Below are positions 37,152 through 46,598 of a stretch of 64,000 nt of DNA, one piece after another (within the stretch, counting starts at the first letter, position 1; the number at the start of each line of letters is the position of its first letter). The notes beneath the pieces are model-generated. The model did no database searches. It was not told the origin of the DNA and was given only the letters and a program-made list of their open reading frames with translations. A program made the position numbers and the translations under genes. This DNA comes from an uncultured bacterium (GTDB lineage Bacteria > Krumholzibacteriota > Krumholzibacteriia > Krumholzibacteriales > Krumholzibacteriaceae). Where the stretch lies: assembly GCA_965371515.1 (NCBI GenBank), contig CBDUYR010000005.1, positions 1-64,000 of the forward strand. Reading direction: 5' to 3'.

Positions 37152-39794
37152 TTATCGTCGCATCATCCCGGGCGGCATCGATTTTTTTTCAGGAGGTTCC
37201 CCTGAGGGCAGCAGGCGCACGAAGAGGGTTTTTCCCCAGATAAGGCGGCCGGCCATCTCCCGGACGGCTTCGAATGGAGCCGCCGCGATGAGCTCCATAC
37301 CGTCTGTTCCGCCCCTGTAGAGGTGGTTCAGGCTTATCCCGAGCGCCTCGCCGGCGCATGAGAGCTCCCTTCTCGAGAGCCTCGACACGAGGCGGCTCTT
37401 CGCCGTGGCCGCCTCCGCCGCCGTCACAGGATCGGTTGAGATCCCTTCTATGTTCTCCCTCAGGGCCTTTTCAGCCTTGTCTGCGTTTTCTCCCCTGGTG
37501 CCCAGTCTCGCCGCAATTACTGCATATCCAGCAACCTGCGTCATCGAGCAACCGGTCGAATAGGCCAGCCCTCTCGTCTCCCTGATATCGAGCTGCATCC
37601 GCCTGCTGAGGATCTCGCAGGAGACAGCCAGCGCTGCTATTTCCTCCGGGGAGAGACCGTCGACCCTCCAGGCAGCCGCCAGGTAGGCGCCGCTGCCTGG
37701 GGATTCGCCTTCGACCGTACCGGGCTCGTATTTGTCGGCACCCTTTTGGCAGGGTATCCTGTTCGAGACAGGGGCATCGCCGAAGATATCACGTAGAAGG
37801 TCCATCCCTTCGGCCTCCTCCGATGCAGTGACAAGCGTCACCACACCACCCTTGTACTGGAAGATATTGCGTCGCGTAACGAATATGTCGGCCGAATCGG
37901 GAGCCGCCCACCTCCCGGGAGACCTGTAAAGGGCTTCTCCGAACCTGTGGCCCGGGAAGAGACCGCCGTATACGGTCTTTTTCAGCGTCGCGGATGAGTG
38001 CCCGGTCCGGATCCCGACTTCTCTCGCTACAAAGGACGCAGCCTCGCCTATATCGGCCTGGGTCATTTCCATCTCTGAAAGGAAGCGCTGCAGCATCCCG
38101 GCCGCTTCCCTCATCCTCCCGGCAGGCGTTTCCAGCCTGATTAACGCCCAGGATGGATTTATCAGGTAATCGTCCATCGGTATGTACGGGTTGTCTCCCC
38201 ACTGGATCCTCGCTCCCAGGGCTGCCAGGTCCTCTTCCAGCCTCTGTCCTCCCGCCGAGTTCTCGAGGATGATGAAAAGTGCCGAGACGGCGTCGCTCTC
38301 CATCTCTCCCGCGCACGCCCTCCCCGGCAGGGTCAGGCATAGCGCCTCGACCGGAGAGCCCTTCCGGTACCTTACGCCTGCGGCCAGCCCTCCTGGAAGG
38401 ATCTCGAAGACCGCCTCTCCCCGTTCGATCCTGACATCAGGCGCCCGGTCGATCGCCGAGAAGCCGTTGAATTCCGGCTCGCCGAGATATCCGCCGACGA
38501 GTTTCGCGATCTGTCCCTGCTTTACCTTTTCAACTGCCGATACCGCCTCGAACCAACCCGCCCCGGTGACCGCCATCGCCTCCCCGTTGAGCATCACGTA
38601 GAAATGGTACCTCTCCCTGTCGAACATATCCGAGGATGCAAACGACGTCTTCGCCCTTTCGAGCTCCTTTTCATCGGGCTGCCACTCCGCCAGGCCCTTG
38701 ACCGCTTCGAGGAGGATGCCGGGATCGACAGGATCGCTGCCCTGTCCCTCGACGCTGACGCGCAGCGCGGCGAAATCCTCGTGCACTTCTATCCCGACGA
38801 ACGGCTCCGGCATGCCGGCCTGATCCGCCGCCGCCTTCAGCGGGGACGACGGCGCCCCGAGCATCTCGGCGAGCAGCAGCGCCGCGGGAAAGAGCTTCTC
38901 ACCCGCTGCAGGCATACGGACAAGGAGATCGACCCTGCTCCCGGCGCCTTCCACGACGCGGGCCGTGATCTCCCCGCTCCATCTCGGCTCGAGCACCGGT
39001 TTTTCCGTACCCCTTCCCTTCCCGCCGTTTTTTGCGCTCCCGCCGCCCGTGCTGCAGGCAGCATTGAAATAATCGTCTATCCAGCCGAGCGTCCTGCTGC
39101 GCTCGAAATCTCCCGTCACGAATATCCTCATCCTGTCAGGCGTATAGCGGGACCTGTAGTATTCGATGATCCTGTCCCTCGACACGCTTTCGATCGTCGA
39201 CTGATAGCCTATGACCGGCTCGCTGAGGGACGAGCCCCTGTAGAGGTAAGAATCGGCCGCCCTCGAGACGGCTTCACGAGGATTGTCGAACCCCTGGCTC
39301 ATCTCCTCGAGCACGATCTTCCGTTCCTTCTCGATCTCGGCCGGCGTAAACAGCGGGTGAAGGAGCATCTGGGACAGTATCTCTATCGATTCCTCGAGCA
39401 GGTCGGAGCGGGCGAGAAGAAAATATACCGTCACTTCCTTCCTCGTGAATGCGTTGAGAAACGCGCCGTTGTCATCGACCCAACCGCTTATCTCCTCGCG
39501 GGTGAACCTCTCCGAACCGTCGAACAGCAGATGCTCCAGGAAGTGCGTGACGCCGCGCGTATCGGGGGTCTCGTAGGCCGATCCAGCCCTTACGGCCACT
39601 GCTACGAGGACAGAGCCCGAACCGGGGTAGCCTTCGAGTACGATCTCGAGTCCACCGGGGCGGATAACCGTCTCCGGAGAATTACCGGAATTACTCGAAG
39701 CCGAGCCGTATGCGGCTGTCGCTGCAGCAATGACAATTAACAGGATAATTCCGGCGGTGCTGTATCGGACCGCCGTTTTCATCAGTCGGATCAT
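37152..39794 (-). CDS. M16 (pitrilysin/insulinase) zinc peptidase, secreted, fused two-half type
   Basis: Signal peptide, GS.YE.....G.THFLEHLLF.GS (HxxEH), NAFT, ER..VLEE, IRETRGLAYS. AGGAGG RBS before ATG 39794. Confidence 0.88.
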   Translation of the reverse strand: MIRLMKTAVRYSTAGIILLIVIAAATAAYGSASSNSGNSPETVIRPGGLEIVLEGYPGSGSVLVAVAVRAGSAYETPDTRGVTHFLEHLLFDGSERFTREEISGWVDDNGAFLNAFTRKEVTVYFLLARSDLLEESIEILSQMLLHPLFTPAEIEKERKIVLEEMSQGFDNPREAVSRAADSYLYRGSSLSEPVIGYQSTIESVSRDRIIEYYRSRYTPDRMRIFVTGDFERSRTLGWIDDYFNAACSTGGGSAKNGGKGRGTEKPVLEPRWSGEITARVVEGAGSRVDLLVRMPAAGEKLFPAALLLAEMLGAPSSPLKAAADQAGMPEPFVGIEVHEDFAALRVSVEGQGSDPVDPGILLEAVKGLAEWQPDEKELERAKTSFASSDMFDRERYHFYVMLNGEAMAVTGAGWFEAVSAVEKVKQGQIAKLVGGYLGEPEFNGFSAIDRAPDVRIERGEAVFEILPGGLAAGVRYRKGSPVEALCLTLPGRACAGEMESDAVSALFIILENSAGGQRLEEDLAALGARIQWGDNPYIPMDDYLINPSWALIRLETPAGRMREAAGMLQRFLSEMEMTQADIGEAASFVAREVGIRTGHSSATLKKTVYGGLFPGHRFGEALYRSPGRWAAPDSADIFVTRRNIFQYKGGVVTLVTASEEAEGMDLLRDIFGDAPVSNRIPCQKGADKYEPGTVEGESPGSGAYLAAAWRVDGLSPEEIAALAVSCEILSRRMQLDIRETRGLAYSTGCSMTQVAGYAVIAARLGTRGENADKAEKALRENIEGISTDPVTAAEAATAKSRLVSRLSRRELSCAGEALGISLNHLYRGGTDGMELIAAAPFEAVREMAGRLIWGKTLFVRLLPSGEPPEKKSMPPGMMRR

Positions 39795-39853
39795 CAGGCC
39801 ATACCTCCTGGAGATCTGTGTGTGTTTCCTGGCAATCTTCGAAAACAATGATA

Positions 39854-41224
39854 TCAGAGAATATGGATCGCTTTGCCCTCGATCGCCTCGGCCGCTTCGG
39901 CAAGAGCCTCGGAGAGAGTCGGATGAGGGAATATCGAATCGGCGAAGTCATGGGCAGTGAGCTTCCTGCCCAGCGCCACGATCCCGGCCGGGAGAAGCTC
40001 CGTCGCCTGCGGCCCGATAATGTGGAGGCCGAGAAGCCTGCCGTCTTCCTTCGAGGCGACCCACTTGACGAATCCCTCCTCTTCGCGCAACCCCTTCGCC
40101 TTGCCGTTGGCGGCGAAAGGGAACCTTCCCGCTGCGATCTCGATCCCTTTATCCTTCGCTTCCTGCTCGGTCAGCCCGACGCGCGAGACCTCGGGAAGGG
40201 TGTATATCGTCGTCGGCACAGCGCTGTAGTCGATCTCTGCACCCTTTCCGAGGGCGTTAGCCGCGGCTACAACTCCTTCCCGCGTCGCCACGTGGGCGAG
40301 AAGGTATCCTCCTATGACGTCTCCGGCCGCAAAGACTCCGTCGACATTCGTCCTCATCCCTCCATCGACGGTGATCCCCGCCTTCGACACCTCGACTCCC
40401 GCCTCCTCGAGGCCGATGCCGGCGGTATTGGGCCTCCTGCCGACCGATACGAGCGCGATCTCGGCATTGATCTCTTCTCCGCTCTCGAGCAGCGCCTTCA
40501 CCCCGCCGCCGGTTTTCTCGAGCGACGATACTTTCGCCCCGAGATGCAGCGTGATGCCTTTCTTCTTCAGGTAGGTCTGGAGGAATCTCGTTATGTGAAT
40601 GTCCTCCGTTGCGATTATCGAGGGGAGCATTTCGACGATCGTCACATTCGTGCCGAAGGCGTTGAAAACGGAAGCGAACTCGCAGCCGATCACACCGCCG
40701 CCAACTACGATCATGCTCTCCGGAATCCTCCCGATATCGAGAAGATCGGTCGAACTGAGCACTGTCCTGCCGTCGAACTCCATTCCCGGCAGCTCGATCT
40801 CCGACGAACCGGTGGCGACTATCACAGACCGGCCGCTGACCTTGCCGTGACCCTCGACCTCGACCTCGCCGGGTGAGACGAGACGGCCGCGGCCTTCCAC
40901 GATGTCGATCCTGCTCCCCTTGAGGATCTTCCTTACGCCGCCGACGAGGCTGTCGACCACGTTGTTCTTGTGCGCCATGAGAGCGGCAACATCGACCGAT
41001 ATTCTGCCCGAGACACCCGATCCCTTCCCCGTTGCGGCGAGCTCGATGAGGTGCGCAAGCCCGTGAAGGGTCTTCGTCGGAATGCAGCCCCTGTTGAGGC
41101 ATACGCCGCCGAGCCTGTCCTCCTCGACGAGACAGACGCTCGCACCGAGCTGCGCGGCCCTTATCGCGGCAGGATAACCTGCGGGGCCTCCCCCCAGCAC
41201 GACAATATCGTAACCGGATGACAA
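39854..41224 (-). CDS. lpdA: Dihydrolipoyl dehydrogenase
   Basis: GGGPAGY.AAIRAAQLG, GGVCLNRGCIPTK, GGGVIGCEFA, AAGDV, LAHVA, HPTLSE. TTG start after a GGAGG RBS. Confidence 0.93.
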   Translation of the reverse strand: MSSGYDIVVLGGGPAGYPAAIRAAQLGASVCLVEEDRLGGVCLNRGCIPTKTLHGLAHLIELAATGKGSGVSGRISVDVAALMAHKNNVVDSLVGGVRKILKGSRIDIVEGRGRLVSPGEVEVEGHGKVSGRSVIVATGSSEIELPGMEFDGRTVLSSTDLLDIGRIPESMIVVGGGVIGCEFASVFNAFGTNVTIVEMLPSIIATEDIHITRFLQTYLKKKGITLHLGAKVSSLEKTGGGVKALLESGEEINAEIALVSVGRRPNTAGIGLEEAGVEVSKAGITVDGGMRTNVDGVFAAGDVIGGYLLAHVATREGVVAAANALGKGAEIDYSAVPTTIYTLPEVSRVGLTEQEAKDKGIEIAAGRFPFAANGKAKGLREEEGFVKWVASKEDGRLLGLHIIGPQATELLPAGIVALGRKLTAHDFADSIFPHPTLSEALAEAAEAIEGKAIHIL

Positions 41225-41238
41225 GATCGGGCCTCCTT

Positions 41239-42009
41239 CTATTTTCCCTCTGCCTTGTTCTTGAGAAGCTGGGCCTGCGTCCTCGTCAGCTTTATTTCCG
41301 TCGAGGAGCTGTCTTCCAGCGTCATGACGTAGTTGCCGCCCGACCACGGGACTATCTTGCCTATCTTTCCGACGTTGACGATACCGTCGGAGCCGAGCCG
41401 CAGGAAAACCGCCGGGTCCAGCTGGGCCTCGAGCTCGTCCAGGTCGGCGTAGTTCGTGACGAAATCACCGTCATCCGTGTGGGCGACCACCTCGCGGCCG
41501 CGCTTCTCGAGCATCGCGACCCTTCCGGTGTCGACCAGGTCCATCCCGCCTTCTTTCTTCACTACGATCTTGGGCAGGAATTTCCGGCCGACATGAATAC
41601 TCTCGACCAGTTTCTTCAATTTCTCGACGAACTCGCCGCGAGAGGGCATGATCGCCCTCGCCCTCTCGATCGCCCCTTCGAGACGGTCCTTCTCGATCGG
41701 CTTGAGCAGATAATCGACTGCGTTTATCTCGAAAGCCCTGATTGCGTACTGGTCGTACGCCGTTGTGAACACCACGAGCGGAACATCGCCCGAGTCCACG
41801 AGCCTTCTCACTACGCCGAACCCGTCGAGAACGGGCATCTGGATGTCGAGAAAAATTACATCCGGAGAAAGCTCAGACACCATCGTGACCGCTTCCTCCC
41901 CGCCGGCCGCCTCGCCCACCACATCGATGTCGCCGACCTGCTCGAGCAGGTATCTCATCTCGTCGCGCGCGAGCTTCTCGTCATCCACGATCAGTACACG
42001 TACCGGCAA
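41239..42009 (-). CDS. LytTR-family response regulator
   Basis: IVDDE.LAR, FLDIQMP..DGF, FTTAYDQYA..AFE.NAVDYLLKP; LE..LDP..F.R LytTR domain. Confidence 0.93.
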   Translation of the reverse strand: MPVRVLIVDDEKLARDEMRYLLEQVGDIDVVGEAAGGEEAVTMVSELSPDVIFLDIQMPVLDGFGVVRRLVDSGDVPLVVFTTAYDQYAIRAFEINAVDYLLKPIEKDRLEGAIERARAIMPSRGEFVEKLKKLVESIHVGRKFLPKIVVKKEGGMDLVDTGRVAMLEKRGREVVAHTDDGDFVTNYADLDELEAQLDPAVFLRLGSDGIVNVGKIGKIVPWSGGNYVMTLEDSSSTEIKLTRTQAQLLKNKAEGK

Positions 42010-43321
42010 CTTCCTTCCCCCTTCCGGCGGACCGGGGAATAAAGAGCCTGACGATCGCGCCCCCTCCGGGACGCGAGTCTATCTCCATTCTTCCCTCCCC
42101 GCAGGTGTATATATCGAGTCTCTCGGCAACGTTCTTCAGGCCCACTCCCCTGGAGAAAAGCAAGCCTATATCGAGCGGGCCCGTCTCGGGGCCGTCGTTT
42201 TCGACCGTTATCTCAGTGCCGCCCTTGACCGGGGCGGAACTGATACTGATCCTGCCGCCTTCGGTCCTGCAGGCTATGCCGTGCTTGACGGCGTTCTCCA
42301 CGAGCGGCTGGAGGAGCAGCGAAGGCACCTGGATTCCGAGGGTCCTCTCATCAAGCTTCTTGACGACCTCGAACCTTTCGTCTCCGAACCGTACCCTCTC
42401 GATCGAGAGGTAATCGTCGAGGAAATCGATCTCGTTCGTGAGCGAATGTGTGTCCCCCGTTTCATCGAGCGATTTCCTGAATATCGACGACAGCCGCCTC
42501 GTCATCTCCCTCGCTCGCTCCGCGTCGACCCTGATCAGCGATGTTATCGAATTGAGCGTATTGAAGAGAAAATGGGGATTTATCTGGCTTCTCAGCGTGG
42601 TCAGCCTCGCGTGAACGAGCTGCTTCTCTTCCTCCCGGTGTATCAGCTCATCGCGGGCGTTTACGGCGAGCTTCAGCGCCATCCCCACCGTGTAGACAAG
42701 CACTGCAAGGTCGATAGTGATGAAGAGCCAGTCCCTTACGGGATATCCGTATATCAGCCCCGTCGTCTCGTACCTCCCGAGGAGCTCGTATCGCATGAGA
42801 GCGAAACCGATGCACAGCACCACGGGGATGAAGTCCCTGTCGAGAGCGCCCCGGAAGAGGCGATCGAGAAAGTTGTAGATGGTAAGGAAGGGGTTGAGGG
42901 AGAAGTTCCACACCTCGCCTCCCCTTCCGAGCCTGGAGTAGATGAACCCCGAGACGAGGCCTGCGACCGTGTAGAACGGCAGGGAGACCGTTTCCCCGAT
43001 CATGAAGCAGGTCAGCCCGATGACAAATCCAGTCCCTGCGCCGACCCACGTCCCGCCGATCAGTCCGGCTACGATCACGCCCTCGAGCGATAGGTCCATC
43101 GCGGCCTGCGCCGACATCTTCCTGATCAGCACGCCCACCGAGAATATCACGGCGAGCAGTACTGTCAGCTTGACCTTTTCTCGCGTGGGGACAGAGACCT
43201 TCACGAGTATGTCGCCGGTGAAGCGGAATCCGAGCACGAGGCTCGTTATCCCCGCCATCACGGCGAGCCTGAGCAGAATGTTTATCAGCGCAAGCTGATC
43301 CTGGGTGAAAGCGAGCGGCAT
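41981..43321 (-). CDS. LytS/YehU-family membrane histidine kinase
   Basis: Multiple TM helices, L.SQINPHFLFNTLN, YL.IE..RF, LQPLVENAVKHG, GVGL.NV..RL. Confidence 0.93.
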   Translation of the reverse strand: MPLAFTQDQLALINILLRLAVMAGITSLVLGFRFTGDILVKVSVPTREKVKLTVLLAVIFSVGVLIRKMSAQAAMDLSLEGVIVAGLIGGTWVGAGTGFVIGLTCFMIGETVSLPFYTVAGLVSGFIYSRLGRGGEVWNFSLNPFLTIYNFLDRLFRGALDRDFIPVVLCIGFALMRYELLGRYETTGLIYGYPVRDWLFITIDLAVLVYTVGMALKLAVNARDELIHREEEKQLVHARLTTLRSQINPHFLFNTLNSITSLIRVDAERAREMTRRLSSIFRKSLDETGDTHSLTNEIDFLDDYLSIERVRFGDERFEVVKKLDERTLGIQVPSLLLQPLVENAVKHGIACRTEGGRISISSAPVKGGTEITVENDGPETGPLDIGLLFSRGVGLKNVAERLDIYTCGEGRMEIDSRPGGGAIVRLFIPRSAGRGKEVAGTCTDRG

Positions 43322-43360
43322 CCTGGTCTCCCTGTTCCGGCGAAATCGGTGCTGAACCCG

Positions 43361-43963
43361 TTACATGCGCCGGCGGTACATCCCGAGTATGAATTCCTCG
43401 TACTGTTTCTGAGTGTGAAGGCCCTCCCACTTGTAGAACAGCTCGTCTTCTCTCGTAACGACGTGAGTGGTCGGCAACCTGCCGGCCCTGCCGAAGAGGC
43501 CCGGATCGCCGCCCGGCAGAAGCACTTCGAACCGGGCGTCGTTGGCATTGACAAACGATCTCGCCACGGAAACGCCCCCCTTGTCAGTGACTATCCCGAG
43601 GACCGTCACATTCACATGAAATTTTCGCTGGATCTCGTTCATGATCGGTACGAGCTTCTTCGAGTCGACGTTCCACGTCTCGATGTAATTGACCAGCAGT
43701 ATCTTCCTGCCGTAATCGGATATCTTCTTTTCCTCGCCGTAGAGGGTCACGAATGTGACATCCGATACCGACCGTGAGCCGGCGGTCTCCGCCGCGGCGG
43801 GCGCCTTCCCGGCATCGGAGTCGTCGGCCGGCGATTTCGCGCCGTCTCCATCCCCCGAGCAGGATACGAGCAGGAATACGACAGCCGCAGCCGTCAGAGA
43901 GACAGCAAGCACCTTGAAGACCCGGGCTTTCCTTTTCAGGACAGGACCGTACAGCATCATCAT
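43361..43963 (-). CDS. TlpA/thioredoxin-like lipoprotein lacking CXXC
   Basis: Lipobox LVSC; TL.G....ISDY..K..LVNY.ETWNVDS...P and LPTT. Start ATG overlaps the upstream stop. Confidence 0.7.
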   Translation of the reverse strand: MMMLYGPVLKRKARVFKVLAVSLTAAAVVFLLVSCSGDGDGAKSPADDSDAGKAPAAAETAGSRSVSDVTFVTLYGEEKKISDYGRKILLVNYIETWNVDSKKLVPIMNEIQRKFHVNVTVLGIVTDKGGVSVARSFVNANDARFEVLLPGGDPGLFGRAGRLPTTHVVTREDELFYKWEGLHTQKQYEEFILGMYRRRM

Positions 43964-45111
43964 CGCTCCTTGATCAGCAGTCCTGCGATCGTGTTCTTCT
44001 GGATCTCCTTCGTACCCTCGTAGATCTCTGCTATCTTCGCGTCCCGGTAGTAACGCTCGACCTCGTACTCGGTCATATAGCCGTATCCGCCGAGAATCTG
44101 GATCGCCTCGTCGGCCACCTGGACAGCGGTCCTGGCAGCTATGTACTTTGCCATCGATGTCAGCTTGGGATCGATCCGCCCCTGGTCGAAGTTCCACGCA
44201 GCCTTGTATGTGAGCAGTCTCGCGTACTCGATAGCTGTGGCCATGTCGGCGAGTTTGTGCTGTGTGACCTGGAACTTTGCCAGCGGCCTGCCGAACTGCT
44301 CGCGCTCCAGCGAATAGTCGATAGCCCTTTCGAACGCTCCCTGGGCGATGCCGAGCGCCGTCGCGGCGATCTCGACACGACTCTCGTCGAAGAACTCGAG
44401 GACCTGGTAGAAGCCCTTGCCGTCTTTGCCGATGATGTTGCCCGCCGGTACACGGACGTTGTCGAATATCACTTCAGCCGTCGAGGTCATCTTGATTCCC
44501 ATCTTCGCGCCGACGTCCTCTGTCGAGAGTCCCTCGGCACCCTTTTCGACGAGAATCGTCGCCATCCCCCTGTACGAAGGCTCGGCCTTGTCGTCGGTCT
44601 GGCAGAGCACGATGTAGAAGTCGGCGATCTGTCCGTTTGTGATGAACATCTTGTTGCCGTTTATCACCCACGAGTCGCCGTCCATGACCGCCCTCGTGTC
44701 CATCCTCGTGATATCGCTGCCGTGGTTCGCCTCGGTGAAGGCGCCTGCCGAGATCATCTTTCCCTGGGCAACGGCGGTGAGATACTTCTGCTTCTGCTCG
44801 TCCGTGCCACACCGCATGATGATCTCGGAGGCGAAATCGGAGAGGGCCAGAGCCGTTCCAAGGCCGGAATCGCGCCTGCAGAACTCCTCGACGACGAGGA
44901 CGTTCTCGATCAGGCCGAGGCCCGATCCCCCTGCGTCGACGGGAAAATGCAGCCCGATGAAGCCCAGCTCGCTGGCCTTCTGCCAGAGTTCCTTCGGGAA
45001 AGAGTGCTCTTCCTCGTGCTTGAGAGCCAACTCCCTTGTGAATTCACCTTTTGCAAAGCTGCTTGCCGCTTCCTGAATTTCCTTCTGTTCGGTACTCAGC
45101 TCGAAATCCAT
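43960..45111 (-). CDS. Acyl-CoA dehydrogenase
   Basis: GAFTE...GSD, ING.KMFITNG, KMGI, R..IAA.ALG.AQ, REQFG..L..FQ, A.QILGGYGY..EY.VER.YRDAK..EIYEGT.EIQ. Confidence 0.95.
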   Translation of the reverse strand: MDFELSTEQKEIQEAASSFAKGEFTRELALKHEEEHSFPKELWQKASELGFIGLHFPVDAGGSGLGLIENVLVVEEFCRRDSGLGTALALSDFASEIIMRCGTDEQKQKYLTAVAQGKMISAGAFTEANHGSDITRMDTRAVMDGDSWVINGNKMFITNGQIADFYIVLCQTDDKAEPSYRGMATILVEKGAEGLSTEDVGAKMGIKMTSTAEVIFDNVRVPAGNIIGKDGKGFYQVLEFFDESRVEIAATALGIAQGAFERAIDYSLEREQFGRPLAKFQVTQHKLADMATAIEYARLLTYKAAWNFDQGRIDPKLTSMAKYIAARTAVQVADEAIQILGGYGYMTEYEVERYYRDAKIAEIYEGTKEIQKNTIAGLLIKER

Positions 45112-45293
45112 CTCATCCTCCCCTAAGCCAGATCGAACGACTTGAAAAATAACCTGATATGGTATCTTAACCCATGAAATTACTATAAGTTCCGCAAGCC
45201 TAACAGATGCTAACGCCCAAAATCAACACATAGTTAAAGCCCCCGCAAGGGTCTGGAACAGTTTTTGCGGATATTCCCCCCGGAGTGTGATAA

Positions 45294-46598
45294 ATGAAGG
45301 TTATTGTTGTAATTTCGGTCGTTTTTCTGGCGGCGGGCATGCTCGCCCCCTGTCTTAATGCCCAATCCTCATCCAGGATCGAGGCGGAGCGTCTCTTCGT
45401 CGAGGCGCAGAAATCTCTCGCCCGGGGCGACAACGTAAAGGCCGAATCGTACCTGATGAAATCTCTGAAGTCCGACGACTCTTTCACATCGGCGATCTGG
45501 CAGCTCTCACAGATCTACGAGAAACGGGGCCGGCTCGAGTATGCACGCGAGCTGCTGCTGAGGGGGCTCCAGCAGGAACCCGACGCGACCTGGGCCCGCG
45601 ACAAGCTGGCCCGGATGGAGAAGGCTCTCACAGGCAAGCTGCTGACCGAGGCTGAGCGCCTCATGGGCAGGGGTCAGTACGAACAGGCGATCCCCAAGTT
45701 GTCGCTCTACCTCGGCATAAAACCGTACGACCCCGTTCCGCTCGTTCAGATGGCGAGGTGCCACCTCGCCATGGACAACCTCGATTCGGCGAAGGAATAT
45801 CTCATACAGGCCACCGAGCGTGACCCCTCGAACACCGAGGTCATGTCACTGCTCGACGAGGTCGAGAGGCGTTCCGACAAGGCCGCTGTCGAGGCCGCCC
45901 TGAGGCGGGCCCGCGCTGTCCTCGCCTCCTACACTCCCGAGACGAAAGGACAGGCCGAGAAAGCGCTGAGCAACGTACTGGCGCTTGATCCGGAGAACAC
46001 CTGGGCGCGGGAGAAACTTAGGGAGATCGCGCTTCTCGAGGAGGAGCAGCAGAAGATTCCTCCAGCCAAAGAGGCCGTGGCAAAGGGAGTCGCCAGGGGT
46101 GTCGAGGCGATAAAGACGCTCGAGGAGCCTACATCGCGTGTCATCTCCGTCCTGAGATCGAATGTGCTGATCGTCATTCTCGTCATGATCGCTGTCCTTC
46201 TCGGGCTTAATCTCAGACGCAGGAAGAAGTCCCGCAGCTATCCGCTGCAGGGGAGCCTGTCGCTGATACCCATCCTCGACGTAGTCTCCCTGCTCAACAG
46301 CAACCTCAAGTCGGGAAGGTTGATGCTCGTCTCGCAGTCCGGTCGTAGCGAGGTATTCTTCGAGAAGGGTGAGATCATCCATGCGCGGATAAAGAGCTGG
46401 GACGGAAAAACGGCGTTCCACAAGATAATGACGCTGCGAAGCGGCCGCTACGTTTTCAACAACCACCTGCCCAGCGTCCGTCACACGATCACCGAGCCAC
46501 TCAGCCTCCTGCTGCTTTCGATGAAGTCCCAGAAACAGGAGCAGAAGAAGGCTCCCGGAAAGAGACCCGCCAGGCAGAAGGAAGAGATTTTCAACTGA
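45294..46598 (+). CDS. Periplasmic TPR protein with TM helix and cytoplasmic DUF4388 (PATAN-like) domain
   Basis: Signal peptide, TPRs, TM helix, then LQGSL....ILDV..LL....KSG.L....G..EVFFEKGEIIHA....G..AF..I.....G.Y.F. Confidence 0.8.
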   Translation: MKVIVVISVVFLAAGMLAPCLNAQSSSRIEAERLFVEAQKSLARGDNVKAESYLMKSLKSDDSFTSAIWQLSQIYEKRGRLEYARELLLRGLQQEPDATWARDKLARMEKALTGKLLTEAERLMGRGQYEQAIPKLSLYLGIKPYDPVPLVQMARCHLAMDNLDSAKEYLIQATERDPSNTEVMSLLDEVERRSDKAAVEAALRRARAVLASYTPETKGQAEKALSNVLALDPENTWAREKLREIALLEEEQQKIPPAKEAVAKGVARGVEAIKTLEEPTSRVISVLRSNVLIVILVMIAVLLGLNLRRRKKSRSYPLQGSLSLIPILDVVSLLNSNLKSGRLMLVSQSGRSEVFFEKGEIIHARIKSWDGKTAFHKIMTLRSGRYVFNNHLPSVRHTITEPLSLLLLSMKSQKQEQKKAPGKRPARQKEEIFN

